Source of the DNA: Candidatus Sericytochromatia bacterium
GTDB lineage: Bacteria > Cyanobacteriota > Sericytochromatia > S15B-MN24 > UBA4093
Assembly: GCA_036676985.1 (NCBI GenBank)
Contig: JAKFBU010000023.1
Span: forward strand, 160,001-224,000
Direction of reading: 5' to 3'
DNA: 64,000 bases
Part shown: positions 20,649 through 29,934 of the stretch, in pieces
Layout: each line of letters opens with the position of its first letter
Position numbering within the stretch: the stretch's first letter is position 1
The notes under the pieces: generated by a model
Database searches by the model: none
What the model saw: the letters and a program-made list of their open reading frames with translations, nothing else
What the model was told of the DNA's origin: nothing
Program-made: the position numbers and the translations under genes

Positions 20649-22046
20649 GTGCCGGACGATCTTGCCCAAAACCGCCCCTTCAACCCGTGGGTCGCTCTCG
20701 CGGCGGTCTCCATCGGCACGCTCATGGCCACCATCGACGCAAGCAGCGTCAACGTGGCCCTGCCGACGATCGCCTCGGAGTTCGGCATCTCCATCGCCCA
20801 GGTCAGCTGGATCTCCATCAGCTACTTCCTGGTCATCACCGCCCTCCTGCTCGCCGTGGGCCGCCTCTCGGACCTGACGAGCCGGCATGTGGTCTTCTCG
20901 GCGGGCATGGGCCTCTTCGGCATTGCCTCGGGCCTCTGCGCCCTTGCACCCAACCTCGGGACCCTGGTCGCCTTCCGATGCCTCGAGGCCGTCGGCGGCG
21001 CGATGATCATGGCGAACTCCCCGGCGCTCGTCGCGAGCGCCTTTCCGGGCGAGCGGCGCGGCCGGGCGCTCGGCACCGTCACCCTGGTCGCGACCGTCGG
21101 CTCGAGCCTCGGCCCCACCGTGGGCGGCATCCTCACGGCCACCGTGGGCTGGCACGGCCTCTTCCTCATCAACCTGCCCATCGGCCTCCTGGGCGTCATC
21201 ATGGGCCTGAAGGTGCTCGGCGGCGTCCCGCACGTGCGAACGCACGACAAGACCTTCGACCTGCTCGGGGCGCTCATGAGCGCGCTCGGCCTCGGCACGC
21301 TCGTCTTCGTGTTGCGCGAGGGGCTGCACCTGCCGTCGGCCCTGGCCTGGGGGCTCGGGCTCGGCGGCCTCGCGACCCTGGTCGCCTTCTTCTGGCACGA
21401 GGCGCGCATCCGGGCGCCGTTGCTGCAGCCACGCCTCTTCAGGCGACGGGCGTTCAGCTCGGCGACGGGCAGCTCCTTGCTTTCGTTCTGCTCGCGGGCG
21501 GGAAGCTTTTTCCTGATGCCCTTCTTCCTGCAGCACGAGCAAGGTTACAGTCCGGCCGCCGTGGGGTTCATGATGACCAGCTTCCCGATCGCAGTGGCGC
21601 TGGTGGCTCCCATCAGCGGCGCGCTCTCGGACAAGCTGGGGACCCGGGGGCTGACGGTGGCAGGGCAGCTCCTCAACGCGTCGGCCCTGGCCATGATGGC
21701 CTTCCTCCAGGTGGACAGCCCCCTGGTGCTGGTGCTCTTGCCTCAGGTGATGCTCGGAATGGGAACGGCCTTGTTCACTCCGCCGAACAACAACGCGATG
21801 CTCAGTGCGGTCGACCCCCAGGACCTGGGGATGGCAGCAGGCATGCTCGCGGTCATGCGCAACTTGGGCCTGATGCTCGGCACGGGGTTCGTGAGCGTGG
21901 TCCTTGCTTTACGAGCGACCGATTTTATGGGAGGATTCCGGCTGGCGCTTGCCCTTTGCTGCCTGATCGCCCTGGCTTCGGCCCTGGTGGCGAGCGTTCG
22001 AGCCAAGGGCACCACCGTGGCCGTCCCCTCGGCTTCCCGCGGATGA
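20649..22046 (+). CDS. MFS transporter, DHA2 (EmrB/QacA) family
   Basis: DASSVNVALPTI, GRLSD, ERRGRALG, GPTVGG, FLINLPIG; about 14 hydrophobic segments. Confidence 0.9.
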   Translation: MPDDLAQNRPFNPWVALAAVSIGTLMATIDASSVNVALPTIASEFGISIAQVSWISISYFLVITALLLAVGRLSDLTSRHVVFSAGMGLFGIASGLCALAPNLGTLVAFRCLEAVGGAMIMANSPALVASAFPGERRGRALGTVTLVATVGSSLGPTVGGILTATVGWHGLFLINLPIGLLGVIMGLKVLGGVPHVRTHDKTFDLLGALMSALGLGTLVFVLREGLHLPSALAWGLGLGGLATLVAFFWHEARIRAPLLQPRLFRRRAFSSATGSSLLSFCSRAGSFFLMPFFLQHEQGYSPAAVGFMMTSFPIAVALVAPISGALSDKLGTRGLTVAGQLLNASALAMMAFLQVDSPLVLVLLPQVMLGMGTALFTPPNNNAMLSAVDPQDLGMAAGMLAVMRNLGLMLGTGFVSVVLALRATDFMGGFRLALALCCLIALASALVASVRAKGTTVAVPSASRG

Positions 22047-22057
22047 AGGAGGCGTCT

Positions 22058-23743
22058 GTGCCGCCCAAACGGAGATGGAACCGACCGCTGGCGATCGCCC
22101 TGGCCCTCCTGGCCGTGGCGGCACCCGGCGCGTGGGCCGACGGTCCCGGCGGAGCGTTCGTCGCGGTAGGCGGCGGCACCGAGCGCCCGGAGGTCATCCA
22201 GGCCATCCTGCGCCTCTTGGGCGGCAAGGACCGACGGATCGTCGTGCTGCCCACCGCCTCGGGCGACCCGAGCGCGAGCGGCCTCGCATACAAGGACTTC
22301 TTCCTCAAGGCGGGTCTCCTCGAGGTCGACAGCCTCCCCATCCCCGACCGCCAGACGGCCAACGAGCTCGAGCCCGTCAAGGACATCGGCCGGGCCGACC
22401 TGCTCTACTTCACGGGCGGCGACCAGAACCGGCTGGTGAGCATCCTCGGCAACACCGCGACCCACGGCTCCATCCAGACGGCCTGGCAGCGCTCGGCCAT
22501 CATCGCGGGCACGAGTGCGGGTGCCATGGTCTGGGGCCCCGAGTTCATCGCCAACGGCACGAGCCGCGGCGCCTTGCTCCTGGGCTTCAGCCGTGATGCG
22601 CAGGGCGTGCCGGGCCTGGAGCTCCGGCCCGGGCTGAACCTCTTCGACAACCTGATCGTCGACACGCACTTTACCGAGCAGCAGCGCCTCGGGCGCCTGT
22701 TGCTCGCGGCCGCGAGCAGCCCCGGCAGCACGGGGCTCGGCATCGACGAGGGCACGGCCGCCATCATCACCAACGACACCATCCAGCCGGTGGGCATCGG
22801 GGCGCTGACCCTGCTCGAAGCGGACCGTACGGCCATCAACAACGCGCAGGCCGTGGGCCCCGGCGCGCCCCTCGCGCTGGGCAAGGTCGCCTTCCACCGG
22901 CTCTTGCCGGGCAAGAGCTACGTCCGCAAGTGGAAGACCACCCAGGAGGACCGTCCGTTGCCTCCGGCCGAGACGCTGGCGCCGGTCTCGCCGTACATGG
23001 TGCTCGCGGGGACGGACATCCCCCGCAAGAACCTCGCTCCGATGGCGGACTTCGTGCGCGCGGCGGGCGGCAACCAGGCCCGAATCCTCATCCTGACGGG
23101 TGAGCGCGCGACCCAGGGTGCCGCCATGTGGAAGACCTTCCTGCTCAAGCAGGGGGCGAGCCAGGTGGTCAACTACAGCTCCCTGGAGCTATCGGACCAG
23201 GGGCTCGCCATCGCGTTGCAGCATGCCACGGGGATCTTCATGCTGGAGGACGGCCCGGCCAACCTCCTCAAGGCCCTGAACGCGAACCAGGGACGCCTCG
23301 CCCAGGTGATCGTTGACGCGAGCAAGCGCCTGCCCATCGCGGGAGCGGGTAATGCGGTGCGGCTCTTCGGCAACCGCGCCATCTTCGGCACGCCCGGCGC
23401 TCCGGACTACGTCTCGCTGCAGGGCCTCGGCCTTATGCCCTCGGCGGTGGTGGACAAGAACTTCTGGGTGCCCGATGCGGTCGAGCGGATGGTCCGCGCG
23501 CAGTTGCAGGGCAACCGGGCGCTCGGCATCGGCCTGTCGCCGGACAACGCCATCATCGTCTCGGGCGGCCAGGCGACCGTGTTCGGCGAGAGCCAGGTGA
23601 TGTTCCTCGACGCCAAGGACGTGACGGCCTTCAAGCTCGCACCGGAGGGGAGCGCGCAGCTTTCGAGCGCCACGAATTTGAGCCTGTCCGTGTTGCCGGC
23701 CAACGGCAGCTATGACCTGATCAAGCGGGAGCCGCGGTTTTAA
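22058..23743 (+). CDS. Exported cyanophycinase (peptidase S51) with tandem domains
   Basis: Signal peptide; VGGG, PTASG, FTGGDQ, AGTSAGA, VDTHF...RLGR, GLGIDE; second domain degenerate. Start is GTG 22058 (or ATG 22043), not 20687. Confidence 0.82.
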   Translation: MPPKRRWNRPLAIALALLAVAAPGAWADGPGGAFVAVGGGTERPEVIQAILRLLGGKDRRIVVLPTASGDPSASGLAYKDFFLKAGLLEVDSLPIPDRQTANELEPVKDIGRADLLYFTGGDQNRLVSILGNTATHGSIQTAWQRSAIIAGTSAGAMVWGPEFIANGTSRGALLLGFSRDAQGVPGLELRPGLNLFDNLIVDTHFTEQQRLGRLLLAAASSPGSTGLGIDEGTAAIITNDTIQPVGIGALTLLEADRTAINNAQAVGPGAPLALGKVAFHRLLPGKSYVRKWKTTQEDRPLPPAETLAPVSPYMVLAGTDIPRKNLAPMADFVRAAGGNQARILILTGERATQGAAMWKTFLLKQGASQVVNYSSLELSDQGLAIALQHATGIFMLEDGPANLLKALNANQGRLAQVIVDASKRLPIAGAGNAVRLFGNRAIFGTPGAPDYVSLQGLGLMPSAVVDKNFWVPDAVERMVRAQLQGNRALGIGLSPDNAIIVSGGQATVFGESQVMFLDAKDVTAFKLAPEGSAQLSSATNLSLSVLPANGSYDLIKREPRF

Positions 23744-23840
23744 GGAGCCGTTCGCCCGATACCAATCCAGGTGCCTATCCTTCGTCCGCCCGTAGGGTAA
23801 GATAGGGCGGTTGCCCTGTTCATCCGACCTCGGAGGCTCG

Positions 23841-25202
23841 ATGGAAACGCTGCTGCTCAAGAACCTGCTCGTGGCACCCATGACCGGTGCCCCGGACGCC
23901 TACTACGCGGGCGATCTGGCCATCCGGGGCGATCGCCTCGTCGATCCCGCCTCGCTCACGACCCCGCCCGACCGGGTGATCGACATGGCGGGTTGCATCG
24001 CCGTTCCGGGCCTCGTCAACACCCACCACCACCTCTACCAGACGCTCACGCGCGGCCTCAAGGCGGCCCAGAACGCCGAGCTCTTCGAGTGGCTCGTCAC
24101 CCAGTACCCGATCTGGGCAGGGCTCGATGCCGAGATGGTGTACTGGAGCGCGGTCTGCGGCCTCTCGGAGCTCGTGCTCTCGGGCTGCACCACCGTCAGC
24201 GACATGTTCTACGTCTTCCCCGATGGCTCGGACGTCACCCTGGACGCGGTGGTCCGGGCCGCCCGGGACGTGGGCGTACGCATGCACGCGGGCCGTGGAG
24301 CCATGTCGCTCGGCAAGTCCGCGGGCGGCCTGCCGCCCGACTCCGTGGTCCAGGACCCGGACGCCATCATGGCGGACGTGGAGCGCGTGGTCGCCCTGCA
24401 CCACGACCCGCGCGAGGGCGCCATGAGCCGCATCGACCTGATGCCCTGCTCTCCCTTCTCCGTCACCTCCGAGCTCATGAGCCAGATGCGTGACTTCGCG
24501 CGCCGCAACGGCCTGCGCCTGCACACCCACCTGGCCGAGACTCTCGACGAGGAGCGCTTCTGCCTCGAGACCTTCGGCGTGCGTCCCCTCAAGTTGCTCG
24601 AGGACCTGGACTGGCTGGGGCCGGACGTCTACCTCGCCCACGGCATCCACTTCAACGACGAGGAGGTCGCCCTCCTCGGCCGCACCCGCACCGGCATCGC
24701 CCACTGTCCGAGCTCCAACATGCGCCTGGGGTCCGGCATCGCGCGCGTGCTGGAGCTGGTCGAGGCCGGCGCCCCGGTGGGCCTGGCCGTTGACGGCAGC
24801 TCCAGCAACGACGGCGGCTCGCTCATCAACGAGGCGCGCCAGGCCCTCTTGCTCGGCCGCATGCGCTACGGCGTGCGCTACAGCGCCCACGAGGCCCTGC
24901 GCCTCGCGACCCAGGGCGGTGCCCAGGTCCTGGGGCGGCCTGAAATCGGGGCCCTTGTGCCCGGCATGATGGCCGACCTCGCCATCTTCGACCTCTCGGA
25001 CGTGGCCTACGCCGGCATGAGCGTGCACGACCCGGTGGCGTCCCTCACGCTGTGCCAGCCGAACCGGCCGCGTCACGTCTTCGTCAACGGCCGGCAACTG
25101 GTCGCGGACGGACAGCTCCTGACCGTCGACCTCCCGGAGGCCGTCCGGAAGCACAACCAGCTCGCCAAGAAGCTCGTGGAAAAGGCGCCCGTCCGGGCCT
25201 AG
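23841..25202 (+). CDS. 8-oxoguanine deaminase-like amidohydrolase
   Basis: PGLVNTHHHLYQ, PCSPFSV, HTHLAET, AHCPSSN, VDGSSSND. Confidence 0.85.
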   Translation: METLLLKNLLVAPMTGAPDAYYAGDLAIRGDRLVDPASLTTPPDRVIDMAGCIAVPGLVNTHHHLYQTLTRGLKAAQNAELFEWLVTQYPIWAGLDAEMVYWSAVCGLSELVLSGCTTVSDMFYVFPDGSDVTLDAVVRAARDVGVRMHAGRGAMSLGKSAGGLPPDSVVQDPDAIMADVERVVALHHDPREGAMSRIDLMPCSPFSVTSELMSQMRDFARRNGLRLHTHLAETLDEERFCLETFGVRPLKLLEDLDWLGPDVYLAHGIHFNDEEVALLGRTRTGIAHCPSSNMRLGSGIARVLELVEAGAPVGLAVDGSSSNDGGSLINEARQALLLGRMRYGVRYSAHEALRLATQGGAQVLGRPEIGALVPGMMADLAIFDLSDVAYAGMSVHDPVASLTLCQPNRPRHVFVNGRQLVADGQLLTVDLPEAVRKHNQLAKKLVEKAPVRA

Positions 25203-25212
25203 GAGGATCGAG

Positions 25213-25746
25213 ATGCATCGCACCATGGCAGCGGGCCTCGGGCTCGCGAGCATTGCCCTGGTCCAGGTCGCCCATGCGGCGCCCACGGCCAAGGATCTCA
25301 TCGGGCAGGCGGCCCCGGCGTTCACGCTGACGGCAGACGACGACACGCCCGTCACCCTCGCGGATCACCAGGGCAAGCCCGTGGTGCTCGCCTTCTTCCC
25401 GAAGGCCTTCACCCCCGGCTGAGAAGCCGAGATGAAGAGTCTCGGTCGAGATTTGCCCAAGTTCAAGGCCCTCGGCGCCGAGGTGTTCGGTATCAGCTAC
25501 GACGAGCCGGGCACCCAGCACAAGTTCGCACTCCATTGCGCGGCGAACTTTCCGTTTCTGAGCGACGCCGGCGGCAAGGTGGCCGAGCAGTACCGAACGG
25601 CAGGCGGATTCGGTCCGCTGCGGTTCGCCCAGCGGCGGACCTTCATCGTGGATGCCAAGGGTATCGTGCGCTTCGTGCACGACGGGATGCCGGACAACGC
25701 GAAGCTCCTGGCCGACGTGGAGGCGATCGCCGCCCCCAAACGCTAG
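25213..25746 (+). CDS. Exported peroxiredoxin (BCP/PrxQ family) with in-frame UGA, probable selenoprotein
   Basis: ORFs 25213-25422 and 25432-25746 are in the same frame; the joined protein reads FFPKAFTPG-(UGA)-EAE...GISYD...FPFLSD...RRTFIVD. UGA 25420-25422 replaces the peroxidatic Cys. Confidence 0.88.
25437..25454 (+). promoter_or_regulatory. Candidate bacterial SECIS hairpin
   Basis: GAGUCUC-GGUC-GAGAUUU stem-loop; G-initiated apical loop begins 22 nt after the UGA. Confidence 0.55.
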
Positions 25747-26066
25747 GCCTGCAGCTCGTCCTTGAGCGCTTGGAGCCGCTCGGCGAATCGCCGGGCGGCT
25801 TCGGCGTCGACGTCGTCCCGAAAAGCCCGCTCGATCTCGCGCGCGAGGTCCGTGCCGTGCGGAAAGCCGAAGGTCCCGAGCGAGCCCGCGAGCTTGTGCG
25901 CCTCCTGGATGGCGCGCTCGCGCAGGTCGTTCGTCAGGGCGCCCGCCTGCACCGCCACGAGCGCCTCCTCGATGCCCGTGAACCGCGCGAGCACGGTCGG
26001 ACGCATGCGCTGCCAGACGGCCGCGACGGCCGCATCGAGGCTTTCGCGGCGGGCCTCGTCGCTCAT
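25743..26066 (-). CDS. Stand-alone Hpt phosphotransfer protein
   Basis: EAHKLAGSLGTFG motif; ATG 26066 overlaps the regulator stop. Confidence 0.85.
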   Translation of the reverse strand: MSDEARRESLDAAVAAVWQRMRPTVLARFTGIEEALVAVQAGALTNDLRERAIQEAHKLAGSLGTFGFPHGTDLAREIERAFRDDVDAEAARRFAERLQALKDELQA

Positions 26067-26443
26067 GCCCGCCACCCCAGGAGCGTGCACACCTGCTCGG
26101 CCAGGCGCATGGGATCGAAGGGCTTGGCGATGACGCCCAGCACGCCGAGGTCGGCGAACTGTCGGCGATCGCTCGTCTGCACCTTGGCCGTCAGGAGCAC
26201 CACGGGGATCTGGCGGGTGGCCTCGCTCTCCTGCAAGCGCTGGAAGGTCGCCGGGCCGTCCATGTCGGGCATCATGACGTCCAGCAGGATGGCATCCGGC
26301 CGCTCGGTGCGCGCCTTCTCCAGGGCCTCGAGGCCCGAGCTGGCGGGAATGGCCTCGATCTCGCCCATCAGCTCCAGGCTGAGCATGGCGACTTCCCGGA
26401 TGTCGTCCTCGTCGTCGACGATCAGAATGCGCTTGGTCGCCAC
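26063..26443 (-). CDS. Single-domain response regulator (CheY-like)
   Basis: ILIVDDE, LLDVMMPDMDG, LLTAK, KPFDP. Confidence 0.93.
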   Translation of the reverse strand: MATKRILIVDDEDDIREVAMLSLELMGEIEAIPASSGLEALEKARTERPDAILLDVMMPDMDGPATFQRLQESEATRQIPVVLLTAKVQTSDRRQFADLGVLGVIAKPFDPMRLAEQVCTLLGWRA

Positions 26444-26649
26444 CTGGATCCTCCGTCGTCGGCGGGCCGACCGCCCAAAACCCAGCCGTCACCCGTGCAT
26501 CGGGCTCGCAGTCTGGCCTACCATCGCACGGCGCAAGCAACGGGTCAAGCCTCGATCGGACGACAAACGCCAAGACGTACGGAAGACACCGATCAGGACG
26601 GCTACGGTATGCTAGAATGGGCTCCCCAGTTAAGAGAGGTTGAAGGTTA

Positions 26650-28125
26650 GTGAATATCCAGCTTAAAGCAGGAAATCCGACGGCCATCGCGGCCGATGCC
26701 CTGGTGGTGGGGCTCTTCGAGGAGTCGTCCCTGAAAGCGGACCTCCAGGCGATCGATGCGGCGACCGGCGGTCAGCTCGCGGCCCTGCTCGCGCTGGGCG
26801 ACTTCAAGCCGTCGCTCAACGAGACCTTCACCCTCTACAAGGCCGGCAAGGCCAAGCGCCTGATCCTCGTCGGCCTGGGCAAGCAGTCGGAGCTGACGCT
26901 CGATAAGCTTCGCCAGGCCTCGGCGACCGGCCTCAAGGCCGCCCGGGAGCTGAAGGCCAAGCGGGTCGTGCTCGCGGGCTTCCCACATGCGAGCGATCGC
27001 GAGCTCGTCCAGGCGCTCGTCGAGGGCGCGGAGCTCGGGCTGTACACCTACGACGAGATGCGTGGCAAGCTCACGCAGGACGACGTGGCGGCCCCGGTGG
27101 AGCACCTCACGCTGGTCCTGCCCAAGGTCTCCAAGGACGCCGAAGCGGGCCTGGACGCCGGCGTCGCCGTCTCCGAGGCCGTCAACTGGGTGCGCGACCT
27201 GGTCAACCGGCCCGCGAACTACCTGCTGACCCGCGACCTGGTCCGCGAGACCAAGGAGATGGCCGGGCCCCGCGACCTCATCGTCAAGGTCCTCGGCAAG
27301 AAGGAGCTCGAGGCCCAGGGCTTCGGATGCCTCTTGGCCGTCAACGCGGGCTCGATCGAGCCTCCTGCCTTCCTCATCATCGAGTACTGGGGCGGCAAGA
27401 AGAAGGATCGCCCGTACGCGCTCGTCGGCAAGGGCATCACCTTCGACACGGGCGGCGTCTGCATCAAGCCGGCGGACGGCCTCGAGGAGATGAAGTCCGA
27501 CATGGCCGGAGCGGCCACGGTGCTCGGCGTCATGCGCGCCCTGAGCGACCTGCAGGCGCCGGTGAACGTGGTGGGCTTCCTCGCGGTCACCGACAACATG
27601 CCGAGCGGCAGCTCCTACAAGCCGGGCGACGTGTTCACGGCCTACAACGGCCTCACGGTCGAGGTGCTGGACACCGACGCGGAGGGCCGCGTGGTCCTTT
27701 CGGACGCCCTCGCCTACGCGGACAAGAACTACGACCCGGTGGCGACCATCGACCTCGCGACCCTCACGGGCTCGATCATCGTGGCATTGGGCGGGCTCGT
27801 GACGGGGCTCTTCAGCAACGATCAGGGGCTGAGCGATCGCCTGATGGGCGCCAGCGAGCGGACCGGCGAGAAGCTGTGGCCCATGCCCACCTGGGACGTG
27901 TACGGCGAGCAGATCGAGAGCGACATCGCCGACCTGCGCAACATCGGCCGGGGCCGCGGGGACGCCATCCATGCGGCGAAGTTCCTGGAGAAGTTCGCGG
28001 GCAAGCGCCCCTGGGCCCACCTCGACATCGCGGGGCCCTCGTGGCTTGACCACGACCGCGCGTACGAGGCCAAGGGCGGCACCGGACACGGCGTCCGCCT
28101 CTTGGTCGATCTCCTAACGCGCTAG
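26650..28125 (+). CDS. pepA: Leucyl aminopeptidase (M17)
   Basis: VGKGITFDTGG, MKSDMAGA, DTDAEGR, DLATLTG, WAHLDIAG. Confidence 0.93.
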   Translation: MNIQLKAGNPTAIAADALVVGLFEESSLKADLQAIDAATGGQLAALLALGDFKPSLNETFTLYKAGKAKRLILVGLGKQSELTLDKLRQASATGLKAARELKAKRVVLAGFPHASDRELVQALVEGAELGLYTYDEMRGKLTQDDVAAPVEHLTLVLPKVSKDAEAGLDAGVAVSEAVNWVRDLVNRPANYLLTRDLVRETKEMAGPRDLIVKVLGKKELEAQGFGCLLAVNAGSIEPPAFLIIEYWGGKKKDRPYALVGKGITFDTGGVCIKPADGLEEMKSDMAGAATVLGVMRALSDLQAPVNVVGFLAVTDNMPSGSSYKPGDVFTAYNGLTVEVLDTDAEGRVVLSDALAYADKNYDPVATIDLATLTGSIIVALGGLVTGLFSNDQGLSDRLMGASERTGEKLWPMPTWDVYGEQIESDIADLRNIGRGRGDAIHAAKFLEKFAGKRPWAHLDIAGPSWLDHDRAYEAKGGTGHGVRLLVDLLTR

Positions 28126-28490
28126 TCCTGGACCGGGGAAGGCTTGCCCTCCGCGTCGACCGCGACGAAGACGGCCTCCGCCTCGGTGACCCGGACGGTG
28201 ATGTCCGGGTTCTTGGCCCGCTGGGCCTCGACGCAGACCTTCACGGTGATGCTGGTGCGCCCCAGGCGGACCAGCGACGTGTAGAAGCTCACGGTGTCGC
28301 CGACGTAGACGGGCTCGTGGAAGACGACCTCGCGCAGGGCCACGGTGACGACGGGCTTGCGCGTGTGCTTGCGTGCCTCGACGCTCGCGGCGATGTCGAT
28401 GTGGCTGAGGATGACTCCGCCGAAGATGGTCCCGTGGGCGTTGGTGTCCTTGGGCATCAACATGACGCGGATGGAAGGTTCTTGGCTCAT
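28122..28490 (-). CDS. Acyl-CoA thioesterase (hotdog fold, YciA-like)
   Basis: MPKDTNAHGTIFGG...GRTSITV. Confidence 0.9.
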   Translation of the reverse strand: MSQEPSIRVMLMPKDTNAHGTIFGGVILSHIDIAASVEARKHTRKPVVTVALREVVFHEPVYVGDTVSFYTSLVRLGRTSITVKVCVEAQRAKNPDITVRVTEAEAVFVAVDAEGKPSPVQD

Positions 28491-28573
28491 TGGTTACTCC
28501 TTTGGCCGTCATGTTAACAACTCGGCGGGCGATCCGATAGAATCCGAAGGTCGCCAAGAAAGGCAGGAAGCTC

Positions 28574-29197
28574 GTGATCGTCGAAACGCTGGCCGTCGGC
28601 CCCCTGGGATGCAACTGCACGATTCTCGGCTGTCCCGAGACGGGCGAGGCCGTGGTCGTGGACCCGGGCGGCGACGTGGAGGCCATCCAGGAGGTGCTCG
28701 ACCGACACGGCCTCAAGGTCAAGCACCTGTTCCACACCCATGCGCACTTCGACCACGTGCTCGGCACGGGCGACCTGAAGGCGGCGCGCGGCGGCGAGAT
28801 CCTGCTGCACGAGGGCGATCGCGAGCTCTACGAGAACGTGCCCATGCAGGGGCGGATGTTCGGGATGTCGCTCGGGTCCACGCCGCCGGTGGACCGGTTC
28901 GTCGTGGACGGCGAGGTGCTCGCCTGGGGCCGGGAGTCCGGGGCGGTGGTGCACACGCCGGGGCACACGCCGGGCAGCATCTGCCTGCACGTGGGGGCGG
29001 CGAAGCTCGTCTTGACGGGCGATACGCTGTTTGCGGGCGGGATCGGGCGCACGGACCTCTGGGGCGGCTCATTTCCCGAGATCATGCGGTCGATCCACGA
29101 GCGGCTCTTGACGCTGGACGACGACACGGTCGTCATTCCGGGGCACGGGGAGCTCACGACGATCGGGGCGGAACGGGTGTCGAATCCGTTTCTGTAA
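28574..29197 (+). CDS. MBL-fold metallo-hydrolase (glyoxalase II-like)
   Basis: HTHAHFDH, TPGHTPG, GDTLF, GRTDL, PGHG, ERVSNPFL. Confidence 0.92.
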   Translation: MIVETLAVGPLGCNCTILGCPETGEAVVVDPGGDVEAIQEVLDRHGLKVKHLFHTHAHFDHVLGTGDLKAARGGEILLHEGDRELYENVPMQGRMFGMSLGSTPPVDRFVVDGEVLAWGRESGAVVHTPGHTPGSICLHVGAAKLVLTGDTLFAGGIGRTDLWGGSFPEIMRSIHERLLTLDDDTVVIPGHGELTTIGAERVSNPFL

Positions 29198-29215
29198 GCT
29201 TCCGTGGTCCTAGCC

Positions 29216-29361
29216 GATCTACCTCCCCATCCCCCCCTGCTAGGGGGGGCAGTCCGACCGCAAGCCACACATCAATCCACCTAGGTCCAACCCTAACGCC
29301 AATCCCCGCAGAGGGCTCCAAACAAAAGCCCCCCCTAGCAGGGGGGGAAGGGGGGTAGATC
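29216..29361. repeat. Second REP/REPIN-like element
   Basis: GATCTACCTCCCCATCCCCCCCTGCTAGGGGGGGC (29216-29250) nearly inverted at 29328-29361; same family as 2691-2837. Confidence 0.85.
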
Positions 29362-29382
29362 CGTTGCAGATCCGGTCAGCGG

Positions 29383-29814
29383 CTATTCGTAGACGCGCCC
29401 GGCCTCGTCCTTGATCCAACCGGCGTCGCCAGGCTTGTCCGCCATGTGCGTCCAGTGGATGCCCTGCTTCTTGCCGGTGTAGACCGTCCCGCGGATCGTC
29501 AGCTCGTCGCCGACATCCAGGCCCTCGACCTCGGTGCCGTGCGTCGTGCTGTTGTTGACCTCGTAGACCTCACCCTTGACCGTCTTAACGACGAAATTCT
29601 GGTGAGTCAGGCCCTGGGTGTCCTCGGGCAAGATCTTGACGACCACCACCTCGAACGTCTTGAAGGCGCTCTGCGGGGGTACACCAAGTGCCTCAACCGG
29701 GCCGCTATCGGCAATCTTGGTAGTGATGGGCGTCGTGGACGCTCCGCAACCCACCAGGCCGATGACGGAGGCGACGGCGGCTCCGAACCACAGCTTTTGA
29801 AGCGAACTGCGCAT
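29383..29814 (-). CDS. Lipoprotein, DUF3465-like OB fold
   Basis: Lipobox LVG-C; KILPEDTQG..HQNFVV...IHWTH...GWI. Confidence 0.7.
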   Translation of the reverse strand: MRSSLQKLWFGAAVASVIGLVGCGASTTPITTKIADSGPVEALGVPPQSAFKTFEVVVVKILPEDTQGLTHQNFVVKTVKGEVYEVNNSTTHGTEVEGLDVGDELTIRGTVYTGKKQGIHWTHMADKPGDAGWIKDEAGRVYE

Positions 29815-29934
29815 GGACTTTCCTCTCTGGCGCGTACCGAGTGCTTGCTGATCCAGATTATCGCCGCTCCCTCGCGGCTCCTTGCGTAAATTTGTTTAAC
29901 AGGCAGTTAACGACCGGACATCATTCGGTCAAGC

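Noticed and set aside
20687-22057. Apparent 1018-aa fusion extending the cyanophycinase N-terminus
   Set aside because: The extension is an off-frame read of the MFS gene; an RBS and signal peptide mark the start near 22058.
25213-25746. Peroxiredoxin as a pseudogene or two separate genes
   Set aside because: The single UGA falls exactly on the catalytic residue with no other lesions; recoding is the simpler explanation.
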